Positions 11,171 through 24,119 of a DNA stretch of 64,000 nucleotides are shown piece by piece. Both the position numbers and the translations under genes were made by a program. Numbering within the stretch: position 1 is the stretch's first letter; every line of letters starts with the position of its first letter. The DNA comes from Trichosphaerium sp. ATCC 40318. Lineage: Eukaryota; Protista; Tubulinea. The stretch covers positions 62,001-126,000 of the forward strand of contig JALMLS010000416.1 of the NCBI GenBank assembly GCA_038496445.1, in the 5' to 3' direction. The notes beneath the pieces are model-generated. The model saw only the letters and a list, made by a program, of their open reading frames with translations, searched no databases and was not told the origin of the DNA.

Positions 11171-14100
11171 TTACATTTCTGCTGCAATTACAGCATCGAC
11201 ACCGTGAACCATGAGCTAACAAAAAAGTGAGTTGTGAGTTGATAAAAAAACACACAAAGACAGAAAGAATTTAAAAAACTGTTCTCATCAAGCCAGCGAT
11301 TGTTTTGTTTCAGCTATAAAAAAGCGTACAGTTGGAGGTAAGTCCTTAGATAGTGCATCCAATTCTTGTATAAAATGATCTGCATCTGTATCAGTAACAT
11401 CAACTGGGTTCCTAAGAAAAAAAATCACCAAAAGCAAAGCATGAAAAGAATCTATGTTCGTTCTCATAGTAATAGCTTGGAGCAAAATAATACAACATGA
11501 CATACCTTGGCATTGGAACAAATAGTACAGCTAGTAAATAAATAAGTTAGGCTGGTTAACGTGTAAAAGTACTTTCATGAAAGTCATGGATTTTCAGTTT
11601 ATCTGCCGGTGACAAGAAAAAAAAAAAAGAAAATTCGTTTTTACCTGTATCTCTAGAATGCTGTTTTATCACTTGGTTTACCAAACATTGCTTATCTAAT
11701 TCGCTTATACCATCTAATGAATCATCAAGTATTTTTTCTTCAAGAGAAACACCTTTAGAATCACTTTCATCTTTACTTTGAATTTCATCATATAAAGCAG
11801 TCTCAGATAAAGCGAACACCTAAAACACGTGCAAAAACGATAAATATCACGTGATTTTTCCAATAAAAAACCCTAGAAACGTACATCATATCTAGCGCCT
11901 ACACGTGTTCTATAAAGGAAAGTTTTTAGAGCATCTTTTGTGTCCTTGACATCTTTTTCTTTTTCAACCAAACCGATTATTCTCAAATGAGTATTCTTCT
12001 TCCAAACATCTAAAAAACAAAAAACTTATCAAAAAAAATTCTCTGAACAAAAAACAAGTTTTATGACTTTTCTGGCTTCCTTACCGCTTGATGTTGATAA
12101 GATATAACCTAACTGTAATGCCAATAAAGCAGTTGGCTTCTCTTCATCAATGTAACCTTGGTACATAGGGACCCAGATATCGATACTCATCAACACTCTT
12201 TTTTTGAATGAGGTCACCATTTTACGAACAAGATTAGGTGAGTTCTCAACAGCGAATCCCAATATCATTCCCTTACTATGTTTATCAAAGCTAATAACTG
12301 TTATTCCCAATACTACAAATAGTTGTTAAATCACTCTTAATACGCGTACTTGCGTGCCAAGAGCAAATTTCTTTCCATCTCAATAACGTTTCTTAGGATA
12401 TCCAAGTAAACAGTAACATCCATACGGATAGGAGAATTTAACGTTGTTGAAGCGTAGATTCTTTGAATCTGTTCTCTGCATCTCTTGAACCCTTTAGGGG
12501 TACTAGCAGCACTCATATCATCCCTTCACAAATAACGTCAGTGAGGAAAACAATTGAAGCCTGAAGCGGAAAAAAAAGTGTTTGTTGTTATCTTCAACTT
12601 ACATTGGTAGTATGTGCTCTTCTGTGTTGTTACCACCAGCATTTCTGGAGCTCTTTTTACGCCTAAATTTCTTCGCCAATTCAGGAGTGACAGATCCAAA
12701 ATCAGTTGTTTTTCCTTGAAATGAGTTGAAGGCAATTAACACAGTATTTGGCTTCATTCCTCCAATACCAGCTGTCTATTTAAAAAAAATTAACTTCAAT
12801 GTATTGCAACAATCTTTCTACCATAATAAGATTAGCTGCGCCCAAGTCATACTTCTCGCTGCACACTACCTCAGCAAAAGCCTTCAAGTGAGATTCTAAA
12901 AGTATATTTTTTAGAGAACGATTGAGGTGTAGGCACATTTGATATCATACCTCTTGTGAATGCTTCTAGTTTTTGTTGATGTTCTTTCCATTCGCGTTTA
13001 TCAACACGTGGGTCACCAGCGTATACTGTACCGATGATATAAAGTCCTCCTTTTTTGAGATTATTGCCAAAATCGATCAGACTAAGACTCCCAGGTATGT
13101 CTTGTATTAACAATAATAAAGATGGTCTCCAATTCTAATCGAAAAAAATTTAGACATCTCACTTGGTTGTAACTTTCTGGGGTTTTCCTAAAGACGTACT
13201 TTGACATGTTGCTTTGAATCAAGCCTTAGTAGATACTTTCTTACTTGATGAAACATAACAGCTGAATAATATCACGTGATTAATAATAGGAACAAGATAA
13301 AAATAATGAAAAAACAATGGCTTGAGTATTATAGCAAGTACCTTGTGTAATATCACCCCATTGTTTTTCACTTGCTTTAAAGTACAAGAATCCAAATAGA
13401 AGAATAAACAATATAATAGATACACCAGCGTAAATAGGATTCAAATAGAACATAAACGCTATACAAGCAACAGCAGCAATCAACGCTTAAAAACAAATAT
13501 AAGTCATAACAAAAAGAGATTGATATTCGCCAAAGAAAAACGTCATTGTAAATGTTTCTAATAATATATAGAAACATGTGATTGATGTCTAGCATACGTA
13601 CATGACCACCAAGTGAAGTACTTGAAAGTAGGACGGAAATTTGGAGCACCAGAGATTGATAACATGAAACAAGCAAAGTTTGTCATACCGTATGTCAAAA
13701 AGTAAAACATTGTAACAAACGGTAGAACGGCGTTGAGGTTACCAATTAAACAAACAGCCTATGTAAAAGATTAATGAAGGAGAAGGTATGAGAGAAAAAG
13801 GTAAAAGAAAGATACAATAAGGCCAAAAACAACAAAACAACAAAGGAGGAAGATGAAGAAGGTAAACGTTCTTACAAGTATCAGTAATGCAGTAACAAGA
13901 ACAGCTCTTCTTGGTTCATCTCCTTTTTTTGATCCTTTAGCGAAAAATCCCAGAGGTAATAGTTCATCACGTGCAAGAGCTTGAAGTATACGTGCTCCAC
14001 CTTGGAAAATAAAAATTAAACAAAAAAACAACAAAAGACAACTTGGGACAAGGTCTATACAGTGAGTCCGTAGAACTATGAAAAAGCACGTGAGATATAC

Positions 14101-16119
14101 CTAAAATTGATCCGAGTGCAGAAGATAATGTAGCCATCCACACTCCTTGAATTACAGGCCATTTGTTGTATGCAAGTGTCTTTTTGTTGAAAAAAGTTAG
14201 AAAGAAATTACTCCTGGCATACTGGGATTTTTGACGTAACTGCAAATGCAAAGTAATCATGTTTTAGGGTATCCCTTGTTGTTGTGAAACCCAAAGCTAT
14301 AACTATTCAAAGAAAAGTAAGTCACAAACAGCTTCTAAGAGCGAGATTTTAAGACGTTTTTCAGGTTAAAAAATTCACTGAACTTACCTAGAATAGAGTA
14401 AACTATAAGCGCAGTGAATACTGCTAGAAGTGTTCCAGATGGTATTGAACGACCAGGATCTATGTTTTAGTCAATATAATACAGTGTAAAGGAACTTTAG
14501 AACCTCGTAAATCTCCCGACATATTAGCACCTTGTTATTGGATTAGCATTCAAATATTTATTAATCTCTATGCTGTACCTGCCATGATTCCCGTTACAGA
14601 AGGAAAAAATATGGAAAACACAACATTGAATGAGTATGAAGGTCCATAAGAAGAAAGAATGTTCCTGAATGAAAGAATCAGTTCTCAAAGAAACTCAACA
14701 AAATAGGAGCAAAAAAAACACGTTGTAAAATCTGACTGCCTTATAAATACGAATGGGTTAATCGTAGCCAAATGGCAAGATTATTTTTGATATCACCATT
14801 ATCGCTTTACCAAATATAGGCGGATATCCTGCGTGCACGTTTTGTTAAGAGAAATATTTTGACGTACGACTTAAACGTTGTGAAATCCCATCCTACATAA
14901 GTCGAGTTTCCTGTATAGTCTGTCGGATCTGGACTCAATGCAGGTTTGCTGAACATATGCCTATTCGTTGCGAGACTAACACTTACTGTGCCAATGGCTA
15001 CAAGAAGGCAAAGGAATATCACAATAAAAGTTTTTGCGAAGACATCTTTAAAAAAAAAGGTTAAAATAAGGTCTCAAAGTCAAAGTATCCATACCTGCTC
15101 CAAGGAAAGAGATACCAGTTAATAATACTAACGCTGCCAATGCATATGCGATAACTTCCCAGTGACCTTGTGGAATCTTTTCCGACGCTGCCTACAAGTC
15201 CAAAAATTAAGAAGAATACTTTTGGAAAAACTTTTGCGGTTTTAGTGAAAAACACATACAGCAAGCGCCGCAGCGAACCCTAACAGATACGTCGCCCCTC
15301 CTACAACATTTGCTAGATAGAATACAATACCAATACTACCACCAAACTCTATAAAACAAATATAAACAACTGGGAACTCAAAGTTCTTTTTTTTCCAAAA
15401 TTGAAAAAAAAAATCACGTGCCTGGTCCTAAACATCTACTAATCATATCTTTTTCGTTACGTTAAAGAAAACAAAATCACTCTGGCGTCGTTTTCAGCAA
15501 AAAAAAAAAAAGGGAAAAGTAGGTGGAGGATACAATAAGCTCCACCGCCTTTTATCTCTCCATTTGTGGCAATAGCAGAAAGAGAGAGTGTTGTTAATGT
15601 CACTACAGTAAATGCCATAAAAAACATAACAAATGTTTGAACTATTCCTGCCTACGCTCTATCTTAGCTTCAAGAAGTCATATATATGTGTTACCTGTCC
15701 AACCATCCACGACAAACGTTCAAATAGTACAACACCAAATATACTCAATATACAAGGTACATAGACGCCCTGAAACAATAGAGGTTAAAATTAATCTTCA
15801 AATTACAAAAAAAAAATGGTTTCTGAAAAACATTTCACTTATCACGTGCCATGAATGTTCCCAAGGCATTCTTTGTTTGTTTAACTGGCTCAATGGCTAT
15901 ATTATCATCTCCTTTATTATCATCCAATAAAGGTACCGTAGAATCGCCATCGTCGTACTGAACTGACATGTTTGGCTCGTAAAATGGAGTATTCTCGTTG
16001 TTTACACTTGCGTTTGGTGGTTGGGCCATTATGTATGATGTAGAACTAGTACTTGTTGTATCTACTGTCTCTAGTACATTGCTCAACTCACGAACACTTT
16101 CTTTGTTGTTTTTGTGCAT
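11171..16119 (-). CDS. Cation-chloride cotransporter (SLC12 family, SLC12A9/CIP1-like), multi-exon
   Basis: [100 protein letters not shown]; ends VHGVDAVIAAEM*. Confidence 0.92.
15449..15533 (-). other. U12-type (minor spliceosome) GT-AG intron
   Basis: 5' site T|GTATCCTC, branch point TTCTTTAAC about 13 nt from the 3' end, no polypyrimidine tract; splicing restores [10 protein letters not shown]. Confidence 0.8.
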
Positions 16120-18429
16120 CAATAAACAAAAACACTAGTCAAATGCTGGTCTTGGTTGCATGTGCAAATCACGTGACGTATAAAATAAATACAATTGCAT
16201 GGCTTATATACGAACTTAATACATAGATATCATTACGCTCTCGCACAGGTAGTCCATGTTACATTGACTAAGTGAGTGTAGTAGTTTAATTGAATGATTC
16301 TGGTTTACAAAGTACGTTGAACATGTTTTAATAAGTACATGGTGGAATTAAATTGAGATACCTATAGCTGTCGGGCAAGCCGAGCCTGGAGACGCTTTTA
16401 ATATAATAATGTAAAGTGTTTACCGCTTGGGCAGCGCAATTTCACATGTCGACAAACTTACTCATTGCAAATGCCGAGTTCAGGATGCCAACGTTAATCT
16501 TAAATAACATAACTATACGTGCATGTGCGCGTAGATTGCAACAAGAGTATTTAGTGTGCTCAAGACTACATCAAACATTGCTTTACACATGGTTAGTTTT
16601 GCTTGATTGCAAGTATACCGCTAGAAAATAAATACACAAAGAGAAAAGTAATTGAATGTAGATCGAATTTCGGCGAAGTTATGGACACAGATAGATTTAT
16701 CAAAAGTTACTGCGAAGTACCCGAACTTACGATGTTTAAAAGGTTGTTGATTAGACTACTTACGCGTTGGCAGAGCTCTTGAATGAACAATAGCTCTTTC
16801 TTCAGTGTTAAAAAGGTGTATGAGCCAACTACCCTTTTGGATGGTATCATTAGCGACTGTAGTATTGTTGTTGCAAAAAGTCTGGAACTAAACCGCTGAA
16901 CAGACTGTGTCACAGATCAAATCTATTTGTGTACCATAAACCAACGTAGAACTACCACAAGAAGGTACTTCGCTAGCATAGTACCTAAAAGTATACTTGG
17001 TTTTTCCTATTATGGAAAAACACCTTAACAAAAGCCACTCGGTGAGGATAAGCATTCACACTGAGCCTGTTTTTTTGATTCAACAACAAACACGCGCTTT
17101 ATTTCTGATATAATTTTTTTCTTACACTTCTCAATATGCGTGTTGAGTGTGTCGTACAACTTGATGAAATGGCGGTGAAACAGTGAACAAACACGAAAGA
17201 AAAACAATACTGCTACAAAACTTAAAAAGTATAAAAATTGAAGAGAGCAAAACAGTTGTCAAAATTACGTACCATCAAAATTAGATGCTTGATACTTCTA
17301 CCTTTTATGCTCATTTCTCAAAATTTACGCTAGTTTTCAAAAAGGCTCGTTTTGTGCAAAGGAAGAAAAACGAAAAAAAAAAACACGTTTTCGTTTTAAG
17401 ACTTGCACAAACGCACAAGAGGATAATACTAAAGTACCCTACATCTTCGAGTTATCGTATACTCGTAATAATACTCGGTAAGACGTATTATTACGCCAAG
17501 TTTGGCAGGTAATTTAGGTGGTTTAGAAAATTGTGTTCACGGCGCACAGTACGCATAAATTGTTTCTTATTGATAGTATTACGAGATCTAAAGTGACAAT
17601 AATAAGAAATCATACCGAAAGAACCAAACAGCCGTTGAGGCGACAAATTGGGTTTAAACCAACTGTTTGAATCATGTTACAATGATGTAAATAGCTATAG
17701 CTCATTTTTGAGCAGGTTATTACTAAAACACAAGATTCGACTTTTTTCTTTTCTGCGCAAACGTGAGTAAATAAGAAATCATTGCTTATATTGCTGATCG
17801 CCAAAATTGCTAGTGAACTCCGATGTTGAATGTTTTCTGTCATCACACCGAAAACTCGCATTATTTCATAGCATTCCAACTTCAACCGCCTGTGAAAAGC
17901 AATGAGACCTTGGGGACATCATTATAACTGCTCTGAGAACTCTCCTACGCTAGCTAGATTACCTTGCATGGCACGAATAGAGAATTTACACCATGGCGCG
18001 CGTTATGGCCGCTGCGATGTACCCGCGACCTCTATGGATATCGCGCAAATAAGATCAAGTACGCTACTTTACTCGCAAATATTTGAACCCACTCCGAAGT
18101 TTTTACGTACAAACGGCCTTAAACTTACATAAACCAGTGTACGGATGGTCACACTTCACAGCTGAGGACGTTGCAGCCGCTGAAATAATTTCTGGCCTAG
18201 ATCCTCAAAACAACGAATGTCACATGGAATATAACATGTTTAACTGGTGAGTTGATACTTTTTTTGATCTAATGATCGCGATATAAAAGACGGGCTTTGT
18301 CACAGGCCTAATTTGGTTTTTAGTCCAATCTCCACTAATATAGTACATAGCGCGGATAACTCACCTCCTAAACCATTTATACACGCTCATAGACATGAGA
18401 CAAGCACACAAACAACGAAAAAACGGAAA

Positions 18430-18911
18430 ATGGCAACCCCGCCTTCTACAACTAAGGACAAGCCTAATTTGATGAGACTTGTCGCATCACCGAGCGGAAA
18501 ATGCTGTCCGAACTGTGGAACAGAACATGCACCCCTATGGCGTTATATGGAGTACAAAGGAGAAGTACAATATCTGTGCAATGCATGCGGATTGCGTAAA
18601 AGCAAAGGGAAATTCTGTCTAGGTATGTCTCTACGCGTTGATAGCTTCCGGATCTTTTTTTGTTCTCGTGAAAGAACAGCGTTACTCCGTTTAGTTTTTT
18701 TTTATATTGCCGTCGGATAACAACCCCGAAAAGTGATCATGACTTCTTACAATGTTTAGGATGTGATTATGTTTATAGAAGAGAGGATGTAAAGAGTAAT
18801 CCAAAAACATGGTTAAAGTGCACTTTGTGCCGACGGCTATCTCATGCAGCATGTATAAAAGGAGCAGTTAAACCTTGGGTATGTAGTACATGCCAAGGAA
18901 AGTGCTTATAG
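18430..18911 (+). CDS. Small GATA zinc finger + PHD-like finger protein (intron 18623-18759)
   Basis: CPNC-x20-CNAC with PLWR and LCNACGLR, followed by CLGC...WLKCTLC...HAAC...WVCSTC (C4HC3). Confidence 0.8.
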
Positions 18912-19599
18912 AGGAGGAGAAAAAACAGGGAGATTGTATTATAAACACAAGAAAAAAAAGTAAAAACCACACTGTATTATTGCTACACCACAAAACACAG
19001 TCTACAATTTCTTTTTTTCTCTATTAAAATAACCTACCGAACATGGAGGAGTACCATTTTCTGTTTTTAGTCACGTACGATATAACGACATAATACAACT
19101 CCGAATTTGGTTCAAAGGATCTTCACCAAATGTTACGCATAGTTTGACAACTCCCAACGATACGGATTAGTACGAGGAAGGTACTTAGTACATCTTGAAC
19201 AATTGTCGGACGCTAGAACTTTTTGTTCCGATACACATACGCTATCCGGCATCAACAAATTGCTTACAACCGTTATTTACACCCTGAACCAAACAAAACT
19301 CAAAGAGAAAGAGTTCACACTAAAAGCTCGGGCAGCTAATCTTCGCTCGAAAACACAGCACAAAGTGCGAACCAGCTAGACAAGAATAACCACGCACCTA
19401 TGATCCATTTTAATGTAAAACTGTCCAGCTAGTGATTATTACGCTTAACAAAACAGCTACTAGTAGGTTTTTTTTTGTACACCTCGGTTAAGGGAGAAGC
19501 GTTTAAACAGTTTGTGTTCCAGTTTTTTCCCACAGCCAGTCGTTCAAACTTATTCTCGATGCAAAAAGACAGCTTTGGCCTTTAGATGGTTACACCAGT

Positions 19600-22500
19600 A
19601 TGAGCAGCGACAATAAGAAATATCGCCGCAGTTCAAAGAGGCCAAGTACTGCAGCTATACAAGTTATTTGTAATGACAATAATTAGCCTCACCAAGTGAG
19701 ACGGCATCGTTTTCAGTGTCCTCGCCTAGGAGTACAGGCAGCGGTACAGTCCAACAACATGTTAGGTAACTAGCTTATTGAAATTGTATATTGTGTTAAT
19801 GTGGCGTAGAAGAAACACAACTGCATCACCAAAGCCTATGTTCAAAGCTGGAGATTCGGTAAATTTAGTTTTGATCTAAAAGCGTTGTTTACTCTTCTAG
19901 GACTTTCTATCTATTCTAGAGAACCTTCTAGACGGCATGGGATTATCAGCTATCGAAACAAATAGAGTTAGGCAATCAATAGAAAGCCACCGCGTACCTG
20001 AGGACATAAGCGGTCTAGGAAGACTGGATAAAAAGAGATATATTTTGGTACACTTATAATTTTAATTCGCGTCTATTTTGTATCTGAACAACCTAAAATA
20101 CGCTATACTGCATTCAAGAGCCCAAGCACAAAAAATATTGGTTAATACCTCTTTTGGCTTTTGTTTTCTATTGCATCTCTTATCGCTTATAATCTGTCAA
20201 GGTGTCTGTTATAGACTACTGCCAACTATGCATACGCGATATCGATAGAAAACGGGCAGTTATAAAAATGCAAAAGGTAAAATAACGCTTACTCAGTACT
20301 AAAAAAGTGCCATTTAATAATAAATGGTATCTCATAGGTAGTCAGAGGGTTTTTAGTCAGAAACAAGCTCAGAAAATATCGTAAGTATTTTGAACTAAAT
20401 TCTGGTTTTGGTTGAACTTACATCTACATTCTTCTTACTCTGCTGCGCTTAGGGGCTTTATACGCTGAAGATAAAGGAACATCAATAGCATACCGTAATG
20501 AGGCATTGCGTGAAATGATAAGACAAGAAGAGAGATATGTGAAGCATTTACGCATTATTATATACGTACGAGCGTTTTCTTTTTTTTTTTTTTGTTTTCT
20601 TGATAGATTGCTTGTATTTTGTTTACACGCGCTTCTTTATGGTTTATTCTTTTTATTAGGAGTATTTGAAGCCTCTACAAGAACCAAAGAACCCTTACGG
20701 TGTCACTATAGCTGACGTACATGCATTATTCTCAAATGCAGAAATCCTTTATAGTGTGCATCAAGAGCTTTTAATTAAGTTCAAAGCACTCATACCTATG
20801 ATGCCTTATGTCAGAAATATTGGTAGAGTATTTATAAGTACTGTAAGTCCAAAGAAAGCGTTTTTTTATTTCAGCTCCAAAAAAATTTCGCTCAATAGTC
20901 GTCTAACTGGTTTTATATAGGCGCCACTTATGTCTGCGTACGGATCTTATGTAGAAAATTCAAAGCACGCAATGCGGACACTAGTCCGTCTTCGCGAGAC
21001 AGTACCAAAGTTCAATACTTTCTTGAACGAGAATAGACACGATTTCCGCCTTGATGAGATGATTACATTCCCTCTCAATAGAATGGCACAATACCAAACT
21101 CATCTAGAGGTAAGTTAAGGTTATATATGTTGGTTGTACTCTTCCAGAAGGGAGTAGTACCTTCTCGAAGCAATTGCATTCAATTGTTGTGATAGTTGCT
21201 TTGTTAACCATTTTTTACAGATGATTCTTAAGCTTACACCAAAGAACCACCCTGATTATAGTGAGCTTTCTAAAGCTGGAACCATGATGATGAAATTATA
21301 TCAGTTTATTCAAGAGAGTGTTAGACAGGCGTCTAATAAGGCTGATATTCTTGAAGCACAGAGAAAAATCCAAAATTACCAAGTATGCTCTTTTTTGCTT
21401 GTTTTTGGCTTCAACTTCGAGGTTTAATCGTTTACCCATGTTAATGTAATATCAAGGGCCATCTGTATACACCTCAGCGTGTGTTATTAAAAGAAGGAAG
21501 AATTCTATTAATGAACAAAGGAAAGAAATCAGCACGGTATTGTTATTTGTTTAATGATCTCGTGTTGTTGTGTAAGGATGAAGGAAAGGATAAGCTCAAA
21601 TTGAAGGAAGAAATGACAATTACACAAAATACAAAGGTCGGTGCTTCTGTTGAACGTGGTTATACGTTTACACTAGGATCAGAAACTCAGTATGACATGG
21701 TATGTGCTTTTTGGGTTTTTTTTCAACTGTTTACTTTTTGGTCAACTTTTTACTGTTATCTGACTCTGGATTAGGCTTTGGAAACTAAGCCTGAGTATGA
21801 GCAATGGTATGCATCTTTCCAAGCTTGTGTGAATGCGCTCATCAAAAAAAGTCGTGTTGGTACGTTGGGAGAAGAAAAAAATTGTCTTTTTTCATCATCT
21901 TGGATAAAAATATTGACTCGTTCACTAGTTTTTGGAGCAGCACTTGCAGATGTTCTAGAACAAGATACTAGAAAGTCTGGCGGAGTACCACACGCTATCA
22001 ATGTGCTTATTGAAGAAGTTGAGAAAAGTGCGTTAAAATAGTTTTTTCTCCGTATTTTTGTCTTATGTTTGTAGATTTGGATAAGGAGGGTATATACCGT
22101 GTACCTGGGAATGATGAGACTGTATTGATGATTAAGAAAAAAGTTGACACTTGTGCGCTTTTAGTCGAATATTCAGTTGCTCTTTTCGTTGCTTTTGGCT
22201 AAAACTATCTTAGTTGATGAATATAAAGATCCTTTCGTTGATGGCACACCGTGGGACGTTGCCGGTGTTTTAAAACTTTATTTCAGAGAGCTTCCAGGTC
22301 CATTGCTTACATACGCAATGTATGAACCGCTAACACAATTTCAATGTAAGTTTTCGACAGTTAAGAGCCAATCTTGTGCACTTGTGTGCTACCGATCTTT
22401 TTTTGTAGACTCATCGAACATTATCTCACCATAACGTAATAGGTGTGCCTGATGATATCTTAAAGCTTGCTGAATTAGTAGCGGAACTACCAAAAGAAAA

Positions 22501-23720
22501 CTTGGAGTTACTTAAATGCTTTATGCGCCATCTAGGAAGAGTACGCTTTCTTTATAATACAGCGTTTATTTGCTTTATTTTATGAGGCTTTTCGTACTTT
22601 TAAGTAACGCTTCGCGTAGTTGACCGAGCATTCTGAGACGAATTTAATGACAGCTAATAACTGTGCTTTGATTTTTGCTCCTAGTTTGATCTACCCAGAG
22701 GAACAAACAATTCAATACACATTAATGCTTCCTCGATTGTTTTTCGCTGTTCAAGCTATGATAGAGGACTACGATCTTGTATTTGGTACCAGCGGAAAGT
22801 CACCAAGTCCTGCATCCAGTACAAATACCCCAACGACCGTATCGCCAATTGTACGTTTTTTTTTTCAAAGCAAATTGGGCGAAATGTTTGATTAGTGACA
22901 TTTTTGCTCTACACTTTTTTTTGTGTTTTGTGATTTCTAATGTCCCTCCAAAGAAGGCAGAACGGTCTACTAGTCCTCAGCCTTATGCACACGATTCGTT
23001 GCGATCGAGTAGACGCCTAAAGAAGAAGAAATCTGATGTTGTAAGCCCTTCTAAGCGTGCTAGACCAAAGAAGCGTGTTAGTAAAGCTGGTGTATGTGGT
23101 TTTGTATACCGACGACTATTTACTTATCTCTCTATTAGCTATCAAACTCTGCACGATACAAGAAGCCTCTTCCTGTTGCACCTAATATATTTATGAAGAA
23201 TTCATCTTCTTTCGTTACAGTAAAGAGTAATACGGTACGTAATAGTCTATTTCTATTACCCATAAGCATGTTATATACGTTGTGTATGTTTTACTCACTT
23301 ATGTTGTAGTTAAACGGAACTAAAAGTACTTCCAAAAAAGTACGTAGCCTCTTTTGATTTGTTAAGTCTGCTTTAACTTATTGTTGCTTTTTTAGGAGAT
23401 TACAAAACCAGGTTCATTTAGTGGTATGGAAAGTGCAAAACCTCCTCCTCCTTTAGCTTCAACTACAGAGAAGAAACAGCAAAGAGTTGTTGCATTGTAT
23501 ACCTATCAAAAACGTGCACCAAATGAAATTAGTAAGTTTTTGTTTTTTTTTTTCGTTCTAAATTCAAAGAAAAAAGAAGGAACTCACGCTGTTGTTTTTA
23601 GGTTTTTCAAAAGGTGATAAACTTGTTGTTCTTAATAAAGATACAAGCGGTTGGTGGGAAGTTTTAAAGAATGGAGAATCTGGATGGGTACCTGCCAATT
23701 ACCTAGAGCTTTTGGCGTAA
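19600..23720 (+). CDS. IQ-RhoGEF(DH)-PH-RhoGAP-SH3 protein, multi-exon
   Basis: IQ-like MQK.VRGFL; DH EMIRQEERYVKHL, LFSNAE, PLNRMAQY, TPKNHPDY; PH YLFNDLVLLC; GAP EGIYRVPG, VAGVLKLYFRELPGPLL, NLMTANNCALIFAPSL; SH3 VALYTY...GWW...GWVPANYLE. Confidence 0.88.
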
Positions 23721-24119
23721 AAAAAAAAATACACAAAAAAACACAAAAAAGCAAGCTTCCCTCTGTAAATGTAATTTAGCCCCAGAATTGAATAAAAATT
23801 TAAAAAACATTAGTTGCGAGATAGTAAAGAATTAGGCGAAGAACACAACAAAGCAGCATTTGTTAACAGTAAAGAATACTTGTGCCTGGTTACTTTCAAT
23901 CTTTACAATTTTGTTCTTTGAACTTCTTTATTTGGTTGTACATTGAAAAAAAGGTTGACAGTTTCATAACCCTAACACAAAAGGAAATCATAGTGCAGAC
24001 GAAAATAACAACCGTAGTGTTCGATGATGTTCTAATCGATAAGAAAAAAACCACGTGATACACGTGGTTTTCTGTCAACAAGCTGTTTTATTATTTTGTT
24101 TACACTGCTTATAATTTTT

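Noticed and set aside
16380-17280. Possible small spliced gene on the minus strand
   Set aside because: Exon-like pieces exist, but I could not build a consistent model or recognise a domain
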